Origin: Octopus sinensis
Lineage: Eukaryota
Assembly (NCBI RefSeq): GCF_006345805.1
Contig: NC_043000.1
Coordinates: 13,888,001 to 13,952,000 of the forward strand
DNA: 64,000 bases
Reading direction: 5' to 3'
Made by a program: the position numbers and the translations under genes. The notes under the pieces are model-generated. The model searched no databases. It had not been told where the DNA came from and saw nothing but the letters and a program-made list of their open reading frames with translations. Shown here piece after piece: positions 60,531-64,000 of the stretch (position 1 is the stretch's first letter; every line of letters starts with the position of its first letter).

Positions 60531-62819
60531 TAGCTTTTTGAACTTTTTCCCCCTCTGTATTAAACAATAAGTTACATAATGGAATAAATGACTATGATGT
60601 GGTGAAATTAAAGAGAGATACTTCCATTGAGATGTTCTATACTGGAAAAGATTAAGAAGGCAAATATTGATTTCAAAGCATAGCTTTTAAATACAATGAG
60701 CAATCAGAAATTCAGATGGAATAAAGTGAATAAATTATTATTCATGATAAATATGAATGTTAGGGAAATAAATCATGACAATAAGCAAAAAATAAATTTA
60801 ATTTGTTTTTGTCAGTTTTCCATTAAAATCATGTTGTAATGACTTTCACAGATTTTGGAAAGCAGAAACAGGATGAGATGATGTCATGATATGATATTTA
60901 TGCATACATTTACATAGTGGGCTTCACAAACACAATTTATCATGTTACTGTTTGTTGCTGTTTAGTATGGGAACGGAATCAGTATACAATTCATGCCATA
61001 GTATGGAATTAATTCATACCTTGGCTTATTGATCAAGAGGTTGATTACTTCTATTCAAATTGCATATATAAACAAAACAAACTTTGTAACACTATTTAGC
61101 ATCTTAAAGTGGTGGTATGTCCTTTGTGGGATTGCTGTCTGCAATCTGATTTCCATTGTAAGTTGGAGCTGTTTCACTTCATTCACACTGTCAATGCCCA
61201 CAACAAGAGCATGATTGTCAGTGATTCATTTCCCTTTTCCCACTCAAGTGAATATTTTTTCGTTGAACGATACTTCCTGGCAATGATAGGCCTTGTAGAG
61301 TGAAAACGTTTTAGTTTGTTTTTTTTTATACCATAATGTTGCAGAGGCAATTTATGGGGAGTACAGTGGCTTGTTTTCTTTTTTCTTCCAAGTTTCATAA
61401 TGATTGTCCAGAATATATCAAAGCAAACACTCTTCCCATTATTTTTAATATGTTTGCATTCAGTCTTGCTTTTTATGTTCTGACGAGGTAAGGAGTGTGT
61501 CCATAGCCTTTATTAACCTCATAGGGAGTGTGAGGGGTATGTTAATGGGAAGTCAGTGTGTTTTACTTTGTATCTCTTTCATAATGTGTGCTGTTTTGTG
61601 ATTGGTGGAAACAAACTGAACAGGTACTGAGTTCCTGTACAATGTTAATTGAAAGAGGAGAAAAAATGTATATATTTCTTATTTTCACACACATACGTGC
61701 ACACTTAATTTTAGCATGTGAGGTAAAATGTATCTTCACAAAACAATGAAAATTTTCAATTTTCTTGCGTTTGCAACTTTATTACTGTGCTATTCTGTGT
61801 TAATTACATTCATTAAAGTTTTACATTAGTTCATATCCATCTTACAGAGTCTGTACCTAGCTTTAATAGTTCCAAAAGGTTTTTTTTAAGTTAATATAAA
61901 GATCATCAGCAGCAGCATCGTTTAATGTCCCTTTTTCATGCTAGCATTTATGAATGTGTCTCTCTGTCACTGCCTTTTCTCTTTTTGCCATACCTTGCAT
62001 CATTTCCCTATTTTTTTTTATCTATCTATGGTGTATGTGAGATGGAGCAAATTATACTGTTTCTCTCTGCCTCCCCCCCCCCTTATGTGTTACCACCTAT
62101 CTTCTCCTCTTTCATGATCCACTCCTATTTTCCATTAAATTCCCAAACTGAGATTCACCATTGTCCACATCTCCATCCTTGTTCATCATTCACTGCATTC
62201 ACTTCTATCCCCATTTCTATTGGCCATTACACTCCTTTCACACTCTTGCAAATCTGCCCAGCCAGCCATCCTTGATTATTGGTCCCTATTCCCTCTTTAT
62301 CTACCTTGTACTGTGAGGGTATGCCCTGACATCTCATCACCATCCTTTCTTTCCTTCCTGCTGGGATAGCTGTGTATCTCTTTTACAGGAGGACACCTGC
62401 TCTTGTCTCTTCTCTCATACTTTACTGTCTCAACACCTGGCATATAGTTACTTCCTTCAATACTGCACCCTTCCTTTGTCAAGTGGTCTTGATGTGTAAG
62501 TTACTTGGTGACCCCACTAATGCCAGTGCCATGAAAAAGCACCCAGTACACTCTGCAATCTGGTTGGTGTTGAGGGCATTGTTACTAAAGCAAACCTTGG
62601 AACCCAACACAATCCTCTAACTTGTCAGATCCTGTCAACCATCCAACCCATGCTAGCATGGAATACAGGCATTAAAAAATATGATCATGATGAATGTTAT
62701 AATTCTAACTCTAAAATTGAGCCAGTATTTATTCCACTTCTGTATATAGTATTCAGCAGATTAGTCATATATCTTCCATCAATTAGATGCTGATCTGTTT
62801 CTCTCTCCTTTACAAACAG

Positions 62820-62867
62820 AGACAACCTGTTGTCTTCATTTCAAGATCTTCATTTTTTTTCATGCTG
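62820..62867 (+). CDS. Predicted internal exon (KDNLLSSFQDLHFFSC, phase 2 to 2)
   Basis: Acceptor ctctctcctttacaaacAG; donor ctg|GTATAT. All frames are open; the frame was chosen by phase continuity. Confidence 0.4.
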
Positions 62868-63751
62868 GTATATTGTGTGTGTGTGTGTGTGTGTGGTATT
62901 TATTCAAAGCTGAGGCATCACCATTCTGAGTCCAAATGAATAAATAAACTCTATGACGTATATTGAATATTTTTTTCTCTTGTCTGTATATCCTAACAAA
63001 ACACACACACACAGTAAGTCCTATATTTTGCTATAAGAATCATAGCAAAGTCCATTTCTATTTTGCCTTTGTCAACATGAAATTGTACTAGTCTCTTTTG
63101 TAACACCACAATAGTTGTGCAGTGAATAGTGTAGCTAAGCAACTTAATCCTACTGTTCAAGTATGTGGTTTTATTTTGTCCCCACCAATCTCTTAGAATC
63201 CAACCTCTTTTCTGGCAACTAGCCCAAGCTAATTAAGTAAAGAATTTAAATGACATGACTTAATTTTGAAAAAAAAAAAAAAAAAAAAAAAACTCAAACT
63301 TAAATTCACCTTCCAATAAATTTAACTATAATTCAAAAATCTTTTGTAAAAAAAAAAAAAATAAAACTTGCATGCTGAGTGGTGTGAAAGAACTAGTTTC
63401 TGATTTATAGAATATAAAATGGTTCAGTTAATTCTACGAATTCAGTGAAGTTCTGTGAATTATCAGGAGTATATTGTCTGGAGGGAAAGTGTGATGTAGG
63501 TCAGCATGAGTGTATATCTATCATGTGGTAAAGGTGTGGTGTAGGGCAGCATTCTTGACATCAACTGCTATAAGTATATCAGTGAAATTGTCAAGCAAAC
63601 TCAGGCAGGCAGTGAATGTTTTCCACATGTATCATCATTGTCTGAAATCAGGATTAGTGAATGCATCCACTGCACTTCTACTTTATGGAATTTGACTTAT
63701 CACTAATGTTGCTAACCTCTTGTCTCGCTGAAGTTATCAATACAGTTAGAT

Positions 63752-63816
63752 CTATTGACGATATACTGTTGACGATATGCTATTGACGATATAATGTTGA
63801 CGATGTACAGTTGACA
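63752..63816. repeat. 14-bp minisatellite, 4.6 copies
   Basis: ctattgacgatata / ctgttgacgatatg / ctattgacgatata / atgttgacgatgta / cagttgaca. Confidence 0.9.
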
Positions 63817-63896
63817 GAGTGAAGGATTTCATATAAAAAAAAAGAAAATTCCTCTAAATCTGCCTTGTTAAGGTACCTGCTATTGTCTATGTTCTG

Positions 63897-64000
63897 TCTT
63901 TTACTTCTTTCAGTCATTGAACTGCGGCCATGCTGGGGCACTGCCTTGAAGGGTTTTAGTCAAACAGATTGATCTCAGTACTTTTTTTTTTAAAGTTTGA
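63897..64000 (-). mobile_element. SINE family A 3' tail, runs off the window
   Basis: TTTTACTTCTTTCAGTCATTGAACTGCGGCCATGCTGGGGCACTGCC. Confidence 0.8.

Noticed and set aside
63752-63816. Regularly spaced short repeats as a CRISPR array
   Set aside because: No unique spacers, the units are contiguous, and the context is eukaryotic.

Overview
AT-rich, CpG-poor eukaryotic DNA. The repeat content (tRNA-headed SINE families, RTE and CR1-clade LINE debris, TTAA and hAT MITEs, abundant (TA/TG/CA)n) points to a coleoid cephalopod, most likely Octopus; this is my inference from recalled repeat families, not a search result. The window looks like the interior of one large + strand gene with very short exons (31-66 nt) and 2-25 kb introns. 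The exons were called from splice signals and phase compatibility only, the chain is incomplete, and the product is not identified. The introns hold a 2.1-kb decayed CR1-clade ORF2 (APE endonuclease + RT), a separate CR1 3' end, at least four RTE-type lineages, an internally deleted DD37D (maT) transposon, a Penelope-like remnant and many SINEs and MITEs. The most interesting signals are: (1) Penelope-type minimal hammerhead ribozyme motifs, as an inverted pair at 7.1-7.4 kb and as a decayed copy behind a tRNA-like Pol III head at 29.8-29.9 kb, which suggests a ribozyme-carrying, Penelope-partnered short retroelement; (2) a modular SINE whose shared head is joined through a microsatellite hinge to either a CR1-derived tail (the matching LINE 3' end is in the window) or an RTE-type tail; (3) a 250-bp local duplication containing a candidate 31-nt exon whose two copies differ only at synonymous sites and could only be spliced mutually exclusively. 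No CRISPR array, rRNA or true tRNA gene is supported.
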